A DNA stretch of 64,000 nt from a virus. Its lineage: Duplodnaviria; Caudoviricetes. The position numbers and the translations under genes were made by a program. Position 1 is the first letter of the stretch; every line of letters starts with the position of its first letter. The stretch spans positions 1 through 64,000 of the IMG/VR virus record IMGVR_UViG_3300002026_000124; one strand, 5' to 3'. The notes under the pieces were generated by a model. That model searched no databases. It saw only the letters and a program-made list of their open reading frames with translations, and was not told where the DNA came from. Of the stretch, positions 10,877 through 20,568 are shown piece by piece.

Positions 10877-11359
10877 CTATAACTTTATTGAAGAGGTTTC
10901 AACAAACTCATTATTTTTTAAAACGATTTTTCTAGCATAGAATAAATCTTTAACACGTACTAATGACATTCCATAATGAAAAACTAATAATGGTACATCA
11001 TCGGATTTATCAAATATTTCATCATATTGATTAAAACCGTTTTCATCAATATCCTCTCTATCTTCTTCATATGCTAATGCGTGAATAGTGTGATAACCAT
11101 GCATATACGGTCTATCTACGGCTTCATGCAGACATACCAAATCAAAACCACTTGTTTTTAAACTATAAACTGCTGAAATGTAGTTTTCTTCAGGTGGCAT
11201 AGCTTTATCACATGCAGGAGTTAAATCCCAACACCATGCCTCAATATCGACATTAGTTTCGTCATCCGAAAATATAAATTCGTATAACCCTTCATCTTTG
11301 GAATTATATCCAATTTTTAAAACGTATATTAATTTTAATTTTTTATCATCAATTTCCAT
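10877..11359 (-). CDS. Hypothetical acidic protein
   Basis: 160-aa ORF with upstream GTATTTAT motif. Confidence 0.6.
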   Translation of the reverse strand: MEIDDKKLKLIYVLKIGYNSKDEGLYEFIFSDDETNVDIEAWCWDLTPACDKAMPPEENYISAVYSLKTSGFDLVCLHEAVDRPYMHGYHTIHALAYEEDREDIDENGFNQYDEIFDKSDDVPLLVFHYGMSLVRVKDLFYARKIVLKNNEFVETSSIKL

Positions 11360-11390
11360 AGCGTGATTTTCCTATAAATACTATGAACTA

Positions 11391-11804
11391 TTAATAATTA
11401 CTGATGATTAAACCTGTACAGATACGAATTTTATCCGATACAATTTTAAGTACTAAATCATGAGCAAATAATTGCTCAAACTCTTTGGATTTAATCCAGA
11501 TATAAATCAGCCGAGAAACAATTCCAAGAACTAAGATTGTTAACGAAACATATAAATTGACTAATGTAATAAGGATTGCAATTGCTAATAAGACATAGCT
11601 GATGATGTTTAGTACGAATCTCCAACTCATTAAAACTATCAATAGGTCGTATGAATATGTCGTAAATATTCTACGATATTCAAGCCAGTCTGTTTCCGAA
11701 CCACTTTCGTCAAGACCTTGTACCTTTTTGAATATCTCTAATTCACGTTTTTTTGAACCCCCAATATAGGTTCTACGAAACTTTAATGTATCGAATTGTA
11801 TCAT
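11391..11804 (-). CDS. Membrane protein (two hydrophobic segments)
   Basis: Hydrophobic stretch; start moved to ATG 11804, downstream of the TGTAACA-N15-CGTATAAT motif at 11825-11854. Confidence 0.55.
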   Translation of the reverse strand: MIQFDTLKFRRTYIGGSKKRELEIFKKVQGLDESGSETDWLEYRRIFTTYSYDLLIVLMSWRFVLNIISYVLLAIAILITLVNLYVSLTILVLGIVSRLIYIWIKSKEFEQLFAHDLVLKIVSDKIRICTGLIISNY

Positions 11805-11907
11805 AATAGTGTTTATTAAAAACAATTATACGTTAAAATTAATTAAATGTTACAAAAAAACCCGAATTTCTTCGGGTTTTAATTTTATAAATTACAATTT
11901 ATAATTG

Positions 11908-14391
11908 TTATACACCACCCATTTGGGTTTTTCCTTGTGTTCCACCAGCAGCAAATTGATTACCCATTGCTTTTGTTTTAAAAGCATCTGATTTATATTC
12001 AACACCATTACGACCTAATCTCAAAGTACCACCACCATTTTCAACATATAGTTTTAATAACTCATATCTCTGTGGTAATTGTAGTTTTCTAGCTTCTTCA
12101 GCAATTGCACCCATTTGAGGATTGATTAAAATGTTTCGATATGCTTCACCAAACAATTTATTAACTTCGTTCGCATTGTTAGGGTCAAGTTTTGCAAATT
12201 TTTCTTTTATACTCCAACCAAACATTTCATTTACTTGAACTTTTTTCTTTAATATTACGTTTTCATACAATTTAAATTGTTTGTCAATAATACCATCAAG
12301 TTTTTTCATTGTGCTTGATTTTGCACTTTCATTAAGTGTTGATTTTCTTAAACCAGCTTTTTCTTCAAGACGTGTGCGAATATATTTTCTTACTTTAGCT
12401 TCACTTTCATTCATTGAAATCTGAACTTCTTTATCCGGACTGATAGTAATGTCAACACCAGTAGTTGGAGCACCGTCAGGTTTAACTGTAGCTACACCAA
12501 GACTTTGAGCACCTGGAGCAAAACCAGTGAATGGTTTGTCACCACTTTTTTCAAATGGTTTTTCAGCACCCATATCATCAGCATCTTCTTCACTAGCAGT
12601 ATCAATATCTTCGATGTCAATTCCGTCTTTTTCAACTTCTTCTTCATCTTCTTTTAACATGTTAGGTACACTGACTTCAGTATTTAATGGGTCTACAGTT
12701 TCGGCAATACCTAAACCTGCAATTCCACCACCACTCTTTGAAGCACCAACTTCTTGACTAATAGCAGTCATGATTTTTTTAATGTCGACTTCAGCTTTTC
12801 CAGCACTTTTCAATCTAGTATTTAATGCTGTGATTTGTTTTCCTAAACTAGCTGCTTGTGCTTCTAATTTTTTAACTTCTGCAGGAACTTCACCTGCATT
12901 ATATGTTTGTTTAATTCCGGTAACGGCTTTATTAACACCCTGTTTAGCTTGGTCAAATTTTTGTCCAACTGCTTGACCAACTTGGTTAGCTTTATTACCG
13001 ATTGCCTGACTAGCTTGGTTTGCACCTGCCTTAATTCCACCAACTGCAGCTTTACCTAGGTTTTTTAAACCACCAAATAATTCGTTAAGTTGTGCAATAT
13101 TTTCTTCATCTGAACTTTCATTCATTCCGGTAACCATAGGTTCAAGTTTATTTGCATAATCTTCATGACCATAATCACCCTTTAATTGATTTAAAATTTC
13201 AGGATTAACTATTTTAATAACCATTGCAACATTTTCTAAATCGCCATCATTCTGACCATCATTATGTGCATTTGCATAACCACTTACAAGGTTACCAACT
13301 TCTTCTTCACCACATTCCATAAGTGCTTCGGCACTATTATAACCACGTGATTCAGCATATTGTGCAAAACCACCACATTCGCTACACTGTTCCACACCTT
13401 CAGCAGCCATACCCAATTCTTCTTCCCCACCATCTTGAGGTACACTATCACCTAAGTCAGCAATGTCATCTTGGTTAACAACCTTAATGAGTCTATTTGC
13501 CATATCTTTTCTATCTTCGATTTCAATTTCAGGAAGTTTATCTTTAAATGCAGATATAAAAGAATTAATATATGACTTAACCTGTTCGTCAGTCATTTCT
13601 GTTTTTCTAATTTTATTAGTTATCTTACCAATAACTTTTTCAAGTTCTTTATTTGGTTCATCTGTTTCTTCGCCAGTATCAATACCGCCAGCATCTTCTG
13701 CTCCAGCTTCCATATCTTCAGCACCTTCAGCGCCTGCATCACCCATATCTTCACTACCTGCTTCAGCATCTTCTGCTCCTTCAGCACCTGCATCACCCAT
13801 GTCACCCATATCTTCAGCACCCATTTCGTCTGCACCTGCTTCAGCATCGCCCATTCCCATATCCTCACCACCTGCTTCTGCACCTGCATCAGCCATATCA
13901 CCACCTTCTGGTGGACCACTTGGAAGAGCCTGTGGTGCTGGTTCTGGAGTTGCATCTGCACTTGCAGCAGCATCTAAATCATCTACTTTACTAGCAGCCA
14001 TATCGATTTCTTTTCCCGCAACATCTTCGTTTAAAACCATTTTGCTACCGGATTTATTTGGTTTTAATGAGTTTGCACCACCAATAGTGTGAAACATCAT
14101 ATTTCTTTGTTTGTCTGCTTCAGCTAAAGACTTAAATTGATAGTTTGTTATATTTGATAAACCACCAATATATGCAAAATCAGATGCGTTAGGGTCTTGT
14201 TTTGTTCCTGCCTTTTTAATATAGTAGTTATGGTTTTCTTTAATAATACCATATGCTACGCCATCGGCAGCTCTCTTATAATCAATAAGACTACCTGCAC
14301 CACTAGTTTTGGTTTCTTTAATTATTGGTTTTACGCTACCTAAATTTCTAAGTCTTTCGTAATATGCTTCTTTTGATGAATGGTTTTTCAT
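11908..14391 (-). CDS. Very acidic head-associated protein (scaffold/internal core candidate)
   Basis: 827 aa with D/E/A/G repeats (DAGAEGAED), several L/M-N-E motifs, late-type motif upstream, located beside the packaging genes. Confidence 0.5.
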   Translation of the reverse strand: MKNHSSKEAYYERLRNLGSVKPIIKETKTSGAGSLIDYKRAADGVAYGIIKENHNYYIKKAGTKQDPNASDFAYIGGLSNITNYQFKSLAEADKQRNMMFHTIGGANSLKPNKSGSKMVLNEDVAGKEIDMAASKVDDLDAAASADATPEPAPQALPSGPPEGGDMADAGAEAGGEDMGMGDAEAGADEMGAEDMGDMGDAGAEGAEDAEAGSEDMGDAGAEGAEDMEAGAEDAGGIDTGEETDEPNKELEKVIGKITNKIRKTEMTDEQVKSYINSFISAFKDKLPEIEIEDRKDMANRLIKVVNQDDIADLGDSVPQDGGEEELGMAAEGVEQCSECGGFAQYAESRGYNSAEALMECGEEEVGNLVSGYANAHNDGQNDGDLENVAMVIKIVNPEILNQLKGDYGHEDYANKLEPMVTGMNESSDEENIAQLNELFGGLKNLGKAAVGGIKAGANQASQAIGNKANQVGQAVGQKFDQAKQGVNKAVTGIKQTYNAGEVPAEVKKLEAQAASLGKQITALNTRLKSAGKAEVDIKKIMTAISQEVGASKSGGGIAGLGIAETVDPLNTEVSVPNMLKEDEEEVEKDGIDIEDIDTASEEDADDMGAEKPFEKSGDKPFTGFAPGAQSLGVATVKPDGAPTTGVDITISPDKEVQISMNESEAKVRKYIRTRLEEKAGLRKSTLNESAKSSTMKKLDGIIDKQFKLYENVILKKKVQVNEMFGWSIKEKFAKLDPNNANEVNKLFGEAYRNILINPQMGAIAEEARKLQLPQRYELLKLYVENGGGTLRLGRNGVEYKSDAFKTKAMGNQFAAGGTQGKTQMGGV

Positions 14392-14469
14392 TTGAATATT
14401 TTTAATTTAACTATTATTTACTTTACATTTTTTTATAAATACTTTATTTGGAACAAAAAAATGCAAAAC

Positions 14470-14730
14470 TTATATTATTTCACCAACTTCGTTAGTGATT
14501 TTATTTTTAACTAGCATTTCAGCAACTCTTTTTGTGATTAAATTCTTTTTATTATATATATCAATAATTGATTGATTCGCCTTTTTATGTGAAACATTTT
14601 CGTTTAGAAATTTTTCATTTTTATGCATATGCTCAACAATGTCATAGAAAACTTTTTCTGCCTTTTTATTTTCTATGTATTCTTTTAATTGTGCTTCCGT
14701 AACTATAATTCTTTTCATTGCATTAGTCAT
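14470..14730 (-). CDS. Hypothetical protein
   Basis: 86-aa ORF, co-oriented and overlapping the upstream gene. Confidence 0.55.
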   Translation of the reverse strand: MTNAMKRIIVTEAQLKEYIENKKAEKVFYDIVEHMHKNEKFLNENVSHKKANQSIIDIYNKKNLITKRVAEMLVKNKITNEVGEII

Positions 14731-15526
14731 TATACTCTTTTAAACTTAATTCATCAGTCAAGTATTGGTTTTTCATTTCAACCATTTTTTCTAAATATCC
14801 TGTGTTACGCAAAATTTTGAATACTAGGTTCTCAACACCAAATTCTCCCGATTTATCAAGTCCGGATTGTCTATATTTTTTTATTTTATTTTTTAATACT
14901 TCATGCTTTTTAATGAAACTTTCATCGTTCATTTCATCTTCAAGGTCATCAATTGCATTCATCAGACCTGCAGATTTTAATTGCACATCTGCCATATCAA
15001 TGTTAATAATCTTCTTTATTGGTTTTCTAATCCAATCATTTTTAATTAGTGAATATGTACCTGAAGAATGATGAGGTTCTTTCGAATCTTGAAAATACAT
15101 TTCAACATCATGACCTTTTACTTGTATAGGTAACTTATCTGCCCAAAGTTGTTTTTTTAATTTAAAGAAATCTCCAACAAAATCCTTATTTTCAGAGATT
15201 TGATTGAAGTCAAGTACTATGTGAATATCTAAATCGGAGTTCTCACTATAGTTATAGTTTGCCATGCTACCGGTTAATATTACGTCATCAAATTTGAGGT
15301 TCTCAACATCAGAAAATTCAATAAATCTTTTAGCATTCATTAATAATGTCTTCCTCACTTCTTGTTTTAGCTTGTCGTTATCCCAAATAAGCGGACTTAA
15401 TGTATCGTTCATTTTTATTGATGATACATCAACTACCTCTGGTTCAATTACTTCTTTAAGAATTTCAGAAATATTATTTTTCTTCCAGAATTTTGCGCTC
15501 CATTTTCTCGGATTATTGCTATCCAT
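14723..15526 (-). CDS. Pol-beta-family nucleotidyltransferase
   Basis: GSMANYNYSENSDLDIH (GS...DxD) motif plus a third acidic residue in VEMY. Confidence 0.8.
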   Translation of the reverse strand: MDSNNPRKWSAKFWKKNNISEILKEVIEPEVVDVSSIKMNDTLSPLIWDNDKLKQEVRKTLLMNAKRFIEFSDVENLKFDDVILTGSMANYNYSENSDLDIHIVLDFNQISENKDFVGDFFKLKKQLWADKLPIQVKGHDVEMYFQDSKEPHHSSGTYSLIKNDWIRKPIKKIINIDMADVQLKSAGLMNAIDDLEDEMNDESFIKKHEVLKNKIKKYRQSGLDKSGEFGVENLVFKILRNTGYLEKMVEMKNQYLTDELSLKEYND

Positions 15527-15530
15527 ATCT

Positions 15531-16226
15531 TTAATTAATATATGATGTTAATTCGTATTTACCACTATCCATTCTATAAATACTAATTGTTACACTTCTA
15601 TTTTTTTGTGGGACACCATCTTTCAATAGCTGTATTGTATCACGTTTAGTTTCGCCATAATTAATACCGCCAGTACCAAAACGGAAGAACATAGCGTCTT
15701 CATCAACGGTATAACCCTTCTTCCCTACCTTTATTCTAACAGAATCGAGTGCTTCAGATAATGTATTAAAATATGTATCATTTTGTTGTGGCATATCAGA
15801 ACCTTCAGCAATTCCGGCTTCTGGATTACTTGGCATTAATTTAGTAATAATTGTTTCTATTTTACCTAGAAGTTCTTTATAATTTTTATCGTTCTGCATT
15901 GAAAGGTAATCAAGTTTTCTTTTCAATTCATCAACCTTAATTTGATAATTTCCTTGGTCTTCATTAACATTCTGCTGAACGTTTTTTACACTCCTACTTA
16001 TTAAAAGTCTATAGATTGAATCTATTACGCCATATTCTTGGTCTGATAATAAATCATCAATAACCCCTTTAATTTTTTCGGCTTTATCAGTATAAACTTC
16101 GGTGTCCATTTCAAGCCCCTCATTTAAATTTTTAGCCGAAATCACATTATTTAATTTAAATCCCGGATTTAATTTTACCATATTTTCGAAAAGCAATGCT
16201 TTAGAATCTTTAGCTGTTCTTATCAT
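15531..16226 (-). CDS. Hypothetical protein with LFE-type N-terminal motif
   Basis: N-terminus KDSKALLFENMVKLNPGF shared with other ORFs in the window. Confidence 0.6.
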   Translation of the reverse strand: MIRTAKDSKALLFENMVKLNPGFKLNNVISAKNLNEGLEMDTEVYTDKAEKIKGVIDDLLSDQEYGVIDSIYRLLISRSVKNVQQNVNEDQGNYQIKVDELKRKLDYLSMQNDKNYKELLGKIETIITKLMPSNPEAGIAEGSDMPQQNDTYFNTLSEALDSVRIKVGKKGYTVDEDAMFFRFGTGGINYGETKRDTIQLLKDGVPQKNRSVTISIYRMDSGKYELTSYIN

Positions 16227-16255
16227 AATATTTTCAATTTGTTATAAATACTAAT

Positions 16256-17644
16256 TTAATTGTGAATTAGATTAATAATTCCTTGTGTGTCTTTTCTTGA
16301 CGCAGGAATATCTGTATCGCCAGGTTTTATAATCACCCACCATTTTCTGTCATGTGGTAAGTTTCTATCGTGCGGCATCTTAATATAATCATCATACCAT
16401 ATAACATTTTTGTCATCTAAATTAAAAAGATGTTTATGCTGATGTTCATTATTATAATAATTAATGATTCTTGATTTTATAATTGGCTTTTCAGTTTTTT
16501 CATCAAATTGCCACATGCCAGCCATATCTTTCCATTCCACATTTCCAATATCAGAGGGTTTCTCTTTAAAAAACTCACTAAATAATTTTGCTGGTGCTGC
16601 AACACCAAGTACATCACCTTTTGTAAGACCAGTTACTTGATGCCCTTCAAGTGAAAATTTAAACTCAAAATTTGGCGGTATTTTAGCACCCTTTATCATA
16701 TTAACCTCTTTAGTGTATGCATAATGAATGGTGTTTGGAGTATTTCTAGCAATATCAAACGCCAATTCTAAATATTTCGATGAGATAAAATCACCAGCAT
16801 CATGCCATCTAACAACGGTATCTTCACCCCTTTTTTGACTATACCCCTCTATTTTTTGAATCTGTCCAATTATATTATTTTTCCACTCATCCCAATGGTT
16901 AATAATATAATTTAATTTTTGCATTTTTTGTCTAATTGGTGGGTCGTATTGAACATAATTACCCATTTGAGCATAACACCATTTTACACATTCTTTCGCT
17001 TGTGTACAAGTAATAAGAACATAGAAGTTTTCTGGTGAATAATCTCCCCTTTCTAAATAAATTATTGATTTTAGTGCAGGTAATGAAATGTTAAAAAAAT
17101 TACTTTTCGCCATTTTTTGATTTTTACCTAATAACTTATCATCATCAAGTTTTGTTGTTAAAACATCTGCCAGTTTTTTTAAATCAAAATCTGGAATGTC
17201 TTCTGCTCGTACATCATAATATTTCCTAACTTTACCGGATAATTTCGATGGGTCAATTTTTTTTCCCGTTCTTCTATCAACAACATTACTTAAATCAACA
17301 ATCAAATCTTTAAGTGTTCCAGAATGTATACGACCAGTTGCACCAACACCTTGTTTATCACCACGTATGAATGCTGCCAGTTTTTCCTTAAAACCGCTTT
17401 GCATCTCCTGTTCAATACCTTTATCTAATTTAGCAGTTTTAATTGAATTAAACATTTCATCACCTTGCATTTCTTCACTAATTTCAGTACTACATGGAGT
17501 TTGTTCTATATCTTTTTGTAGTGGTACAAAATCAGATGTTGAGAATCCTGGGGGTAATTTGGATAAAGAATTTTCTTCTCTTAACGGCATTCCAGCAACC
17601 CTATTCATCATTTCGAATAATCGCTGTTTAGAATCTTTAATCAT
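16256..17644 (-). CDS. Gp88-like (radical-SAM-related) protein with LFE-type N-terminal motif
   Basis: FNISLPA, CxxxxxCxxxCYA, VRWHDAGDF and YAYTK motifs. Confidence 0.65.
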   Translation of the reverse strand: MIKDSKQRLFEMMNRVAGMPLREENSLSKLPPGFSTSDFVPLQKDIEQTPCSTEISEEMQGDEMFNSIKTAKLDKGIEQEMQSGFKEKLAAFIRGDKQGVGATGRIHSGTLKDLIVDLSNVVDRRTGKKIDPSKLSGKVRKYYDVRAEDIPDFDLKKLADVLTTKLDDDKLLGKNQKMAKSNFFNISLPALKSIIYLERGDYSPENFYVLITCTQAKECVKWCYAQMGNYVQYDPPIRQKMQKLNYIINHWDEWKNNIIGQIQKIEGYSQKRGEDTVVRWHDAGDFISSKYLELAFDIARNTPNTIHYAYTKEVNMIKGAKIPPNFEFKFSLEGHQVTGLTKGDVLGVAAPAKLFSEFFKEKPSDIGNVEWKDMAGMWQFDEKTEKPIIKSRIINYYNNEHQHKHLFNLDDKNVIWYDDYIKMPHDRNLPHDRKWWVIIKPGDTDIPASRKDTQGIINLIHN

Positions 17645-17716
17645 ATTAAAACATTTTCTATAAATACTGAATTATTAATTAAAATGCCATAGTATTTATT
17701 ATAAATTCCTGTAGAA

Positions 17717-19426
17717 ATGAATTTAGAATGTTTAAATACGATAATTAGCGAAAATCTTGCAATACATATTGATATTGATGATTTACGTTCATGGAACTTA
17801 AATACTGGTCTTACACTAACAAGTATAACTAAATGGAATCAATCTAAAGCAGATAATCTTAATCTATATGATTTCGGATTAACTGGTTATGATAATGGTA
17901 GAATTGACAACATGTTAGATGGGATTACATTAAATAGTAATGATAATAAAGTAAAATTATACCGTGTAGGGAAAAATGACGCTAGTGGAAATACCTCATA
18001 TAGTGGTTATACTATTTCTTCATTCACAGGGACTTCAGTGGGAAACTACTTTAATCTAAATGGTGGTTATTTTCAAGGATTTTTTAAATTAGAGGGTTAT
18101 AATTATGAATTATTTCCACCTAGATATAATAATGGTATTACTATTGAAACAATTATAGAGTTATTACCCGAATCCAAAGGCATTTTCTTTTTAATGGGTA
18201 CTCGTGCTGAAGATAAATATAATCCATATTTTAGCGGTGAAACTGCAATCACTGGTCAAACTGCATATCAGGAAATTCATAATATTACTAAATACAAATA
18301 TTCTTTTTCCGGTTATACGACATCTGAAGGTAATTATTTAGAGGCATTTGAGGAAATTGGCATTAATAAACAAGCATTCTCTGAACCGGAGAATTTAGTT
18401 GCCGTCATTGATGAAGACATTCCAGAACTAGATAATGTTAGAAACAATGTAATTGCATTTGAAATTACAGCAGATGGTAATATCGGATATAAATATATTG
18501 ATAACGATGGTTTAATTGCTCAAAATTATTCCCCAAATGTTATAACAAAAATTGGATGGACAATTATTGATGTTGTTTTCACACCATATGATATAATCCC
18601 TAATTATAATCCCGCAATGTATAATTGCTATCCTCGTAGAACAGGTAGCCTAATGTTTTATGTTAATGGTAGGAAATTTTGGAAAGTGAATGATTTTCTA
18701 GAATGGTATTGTACTCCATTAATTAATAATAGGGAAAAACAATTGGGTGTACCATTTAATATTAGTTGGGGTGGCGGTTCATTTGGACTTGAACATTCTT
18801 GGCATTTTAGCGGAGATACTTCAAATCCATTAGTTATGGACACAAGAAAAGATAATCTGCTAATTCAGAAATACTTCAATAATTCATATATTGGAAATGT
18901 TCAAAAATTAAGAATGTATGATACTGCGTTTACTCCACAAATGGTACTACATAATGCATTAATTGAGGTTAATGATAATAATTATAACATATTTGTTAAT
19001 AAAGGTGGTAGATTAGTTAATGGTGTACTAAGTACAGCAAATATTACTCAACAAACATCTGGGTCTGATATCAGAAAATCAATTAAATATAGAAATGCTG
19101 ACAATACTTATAGAAATCTATTCGATATGCTAGATATCAAAGTCGTTGTTAAATCTAAATCAAATACTAGTGTTGAACTAATTAAATTTAAAAAGGATAG
19201 TATAACCGGAATGACAGGATGGACAGGTTTAATATATATTGACAACTTTACTTATGACTTTATTGTACCCAATACAATTACTGCACAACATCCTAACGAA
19301 GTATTATATGCTGAAATTAAGTTCCAATGGGCAGACCCATATGATATTGATGGTGTACTTGATAGAATTTTTATAATTAATTTAACAACTTCTGCATTAC
19401 TTGATAATAGTATAAAAAATTATTAA
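17717..19426 (+). CDS. Virion structural protein (beta-rich)
   Basis: 569-aa ORF after GTATTTAT at 17692; first gene of the tail-fibre operon. Confidence 0.5.
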   Translation: MNLECLNTIISENLAIHIDIDDLRSWNLNTGLTLTSITKWNQSKADNLNLYDFGLTGYDNGRIDNMLDGITLNSNDNKVKLYRVGKNDASGNTSYSGYTISSFTGTSVGNYFNLNGGYFQGFFKLEGYNYELFPPRYNNGITIETIIELLPESKGIFFLMGTRAEDKYNPYFSGETAITGQTAYQEIHNITKYKYSFSGYTTSEGNYLEAFEEIGINKQAFSEPENLVAVIDEDIPELDNVRNNVIAFEITADGNIGYKYIDNDGLIAQNYSPNVITKIGWTIIDVVFTPYDIIPNYNPAMYNCYPRRTGSLMFYVNGRKFWKVNDFLEWYCTPLINNREKQLGVPFNISWGGGSFGLEHSWHFSGDTSNPLVMDTRKDNLLIQKYFNNSYIGNVQKLRMYDTAFTPQMVLHNALIEVNDNNYNIFVNKGGRLVNGVLSTANITQQTSGSDIRKSIKYRNADNTYRNLFDMLDIKVVVKSKSNTSVELIKFKKDSITGMTGWTGLIYIDNFTYDFIVPNTITAQHPNEVLYAEIKFQWADPYDIDGVLDRIFIINLTTSALLDNSIKNY

Positions 19427-19427
19427 T

Positions 19428-20567
19428 ATGTCAACAAATTGCTCTGTAATTATAATATCTGATGGCTGTTCTCTTAATACTGCTGAATATGTTGAGAGAA
19501 TCAGTGACTCAGTTATAATTACTGACCCTGCAGGCGATACGTTAATACTTCAAGATTATAATCCGGCATCCACACCAATAATTCCACCGACACCACCATA
19601 TGTTGCGGAAAATGTTGCAAATAAAAAAACAGATTTACTAAATCCTGATAACACCACCTATCCAACAACACTTGCAGTTGCTAACGCATTAATAAGTGGA
19701 ACAACCTACGAGTTACAATCACCCGCAGTAATTTCAGTTGGTGGAATAACCGCAGGCATGGTTCTAACAGGTAAAACATTAGCGGAAATAATACAAGATA
19801 TGTTAGTGCCGGAATTATTTGGAAGTATTACTGCACCATCAACCTCAATTTCATTGTCAACAACAGGTACATTTGAAGTTGGATGTACTATTTCACAAAC
19901 AATTAGTGGTACGTTTAATCGTGGTTGTATCAATCCTAAGTATTGTAGTATTAGTGATAAACGTAGTGGATGTGTGACTGCCTATAGTTTTACTGGCACA
20001 GGTATGCCAGTTGGTTGGCAAAGCTGCATAACTAGTCCAGCCACTCAAATTAATCCTAGTTATACAATTATAAATGGTAGTCAGTCTTGGGGTGTTTGCA
20101 GTACTTATGAAGCAGGATTACCCGCTCTAGGAAGTAAGAATACCGAATATTGTACAGCATTACCATCAGGTAATACCTCAGCTGCTAGTTCGAGTGTATC
20201 CGGTATATACCCATATTATTATGGTAAAGTAGTTTCGGCAGGTCGCCCTGCAGTTACAAATGAATTAATTACTGGTGGTACTAAGTCTATTGCAAGTAGT
20301 ACAGGTACAGTTACCATTGATTTTAATAGTGCGTCAAACGAATTCACGTGGCTTGCAATACCTGCAATTAGTACGTCAAAAACTTGTTGGTATGTGAATG
20401 CCCTAGATAATGGTAGAATCAATAACTTATTGAGTGATAAGTATCCTGATGAATGTATATTAAGTGTTTCTTCAGGTCAATATTGCTGGTCAGGTATAAA
20501 TTATAAAATATATATGAGTGGTGCTGTGGGAGCTATTACAGACCCAATCCAATTTAGAAATAACTAA
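19428..20567 (+). CDS. Tail/fibre-associated structural protein
   Basis: S/T/G-rich, Cys-rich beta composition, directly upstream of the fibre gene. Confidence 0.5.
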   Translation: MSTNCSVIIISDGCSLNTAEYVERISDSVIITDPAGDTLILQDYNPASTPIIPPTPPYVAENVANKKTDLLNPDNTTYPTTLAVANALISGTTYELQSPAVISVGGITAGMVLTGKTLAEIIQDMLVPELFGSITAPSTSISLSTTGTFEVGCTISQTISGTFNRGCINPKYCSISDKRSGCVTAYSFTGTGMPVGWQSCITSPATQINPSYTIINGSQSWGVCSTYEAGLPALGSKNTEYCTALPSGNTSAASSSVSGIYPYYYGKVVSAGRPAVTNELITGGTKSIASSTGTVTIDFNSASNEFTWLAIPAISTSKTCWYVNALDNGRINNLLSDKYPDECILSVSSGQYCWSGINYKIYMSGAVGAITDPIQFRNN

Positions 20568-20568
20568 T

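Noticed and set aside
13463-14092. 209-aa plus-strand ORF (also 13620-13973, 13653-13994, 6682-7050, 6775-6966)
   Set aside because: Shadow frames created by GC-richer low-complexity repeats of the real overlapping genes.
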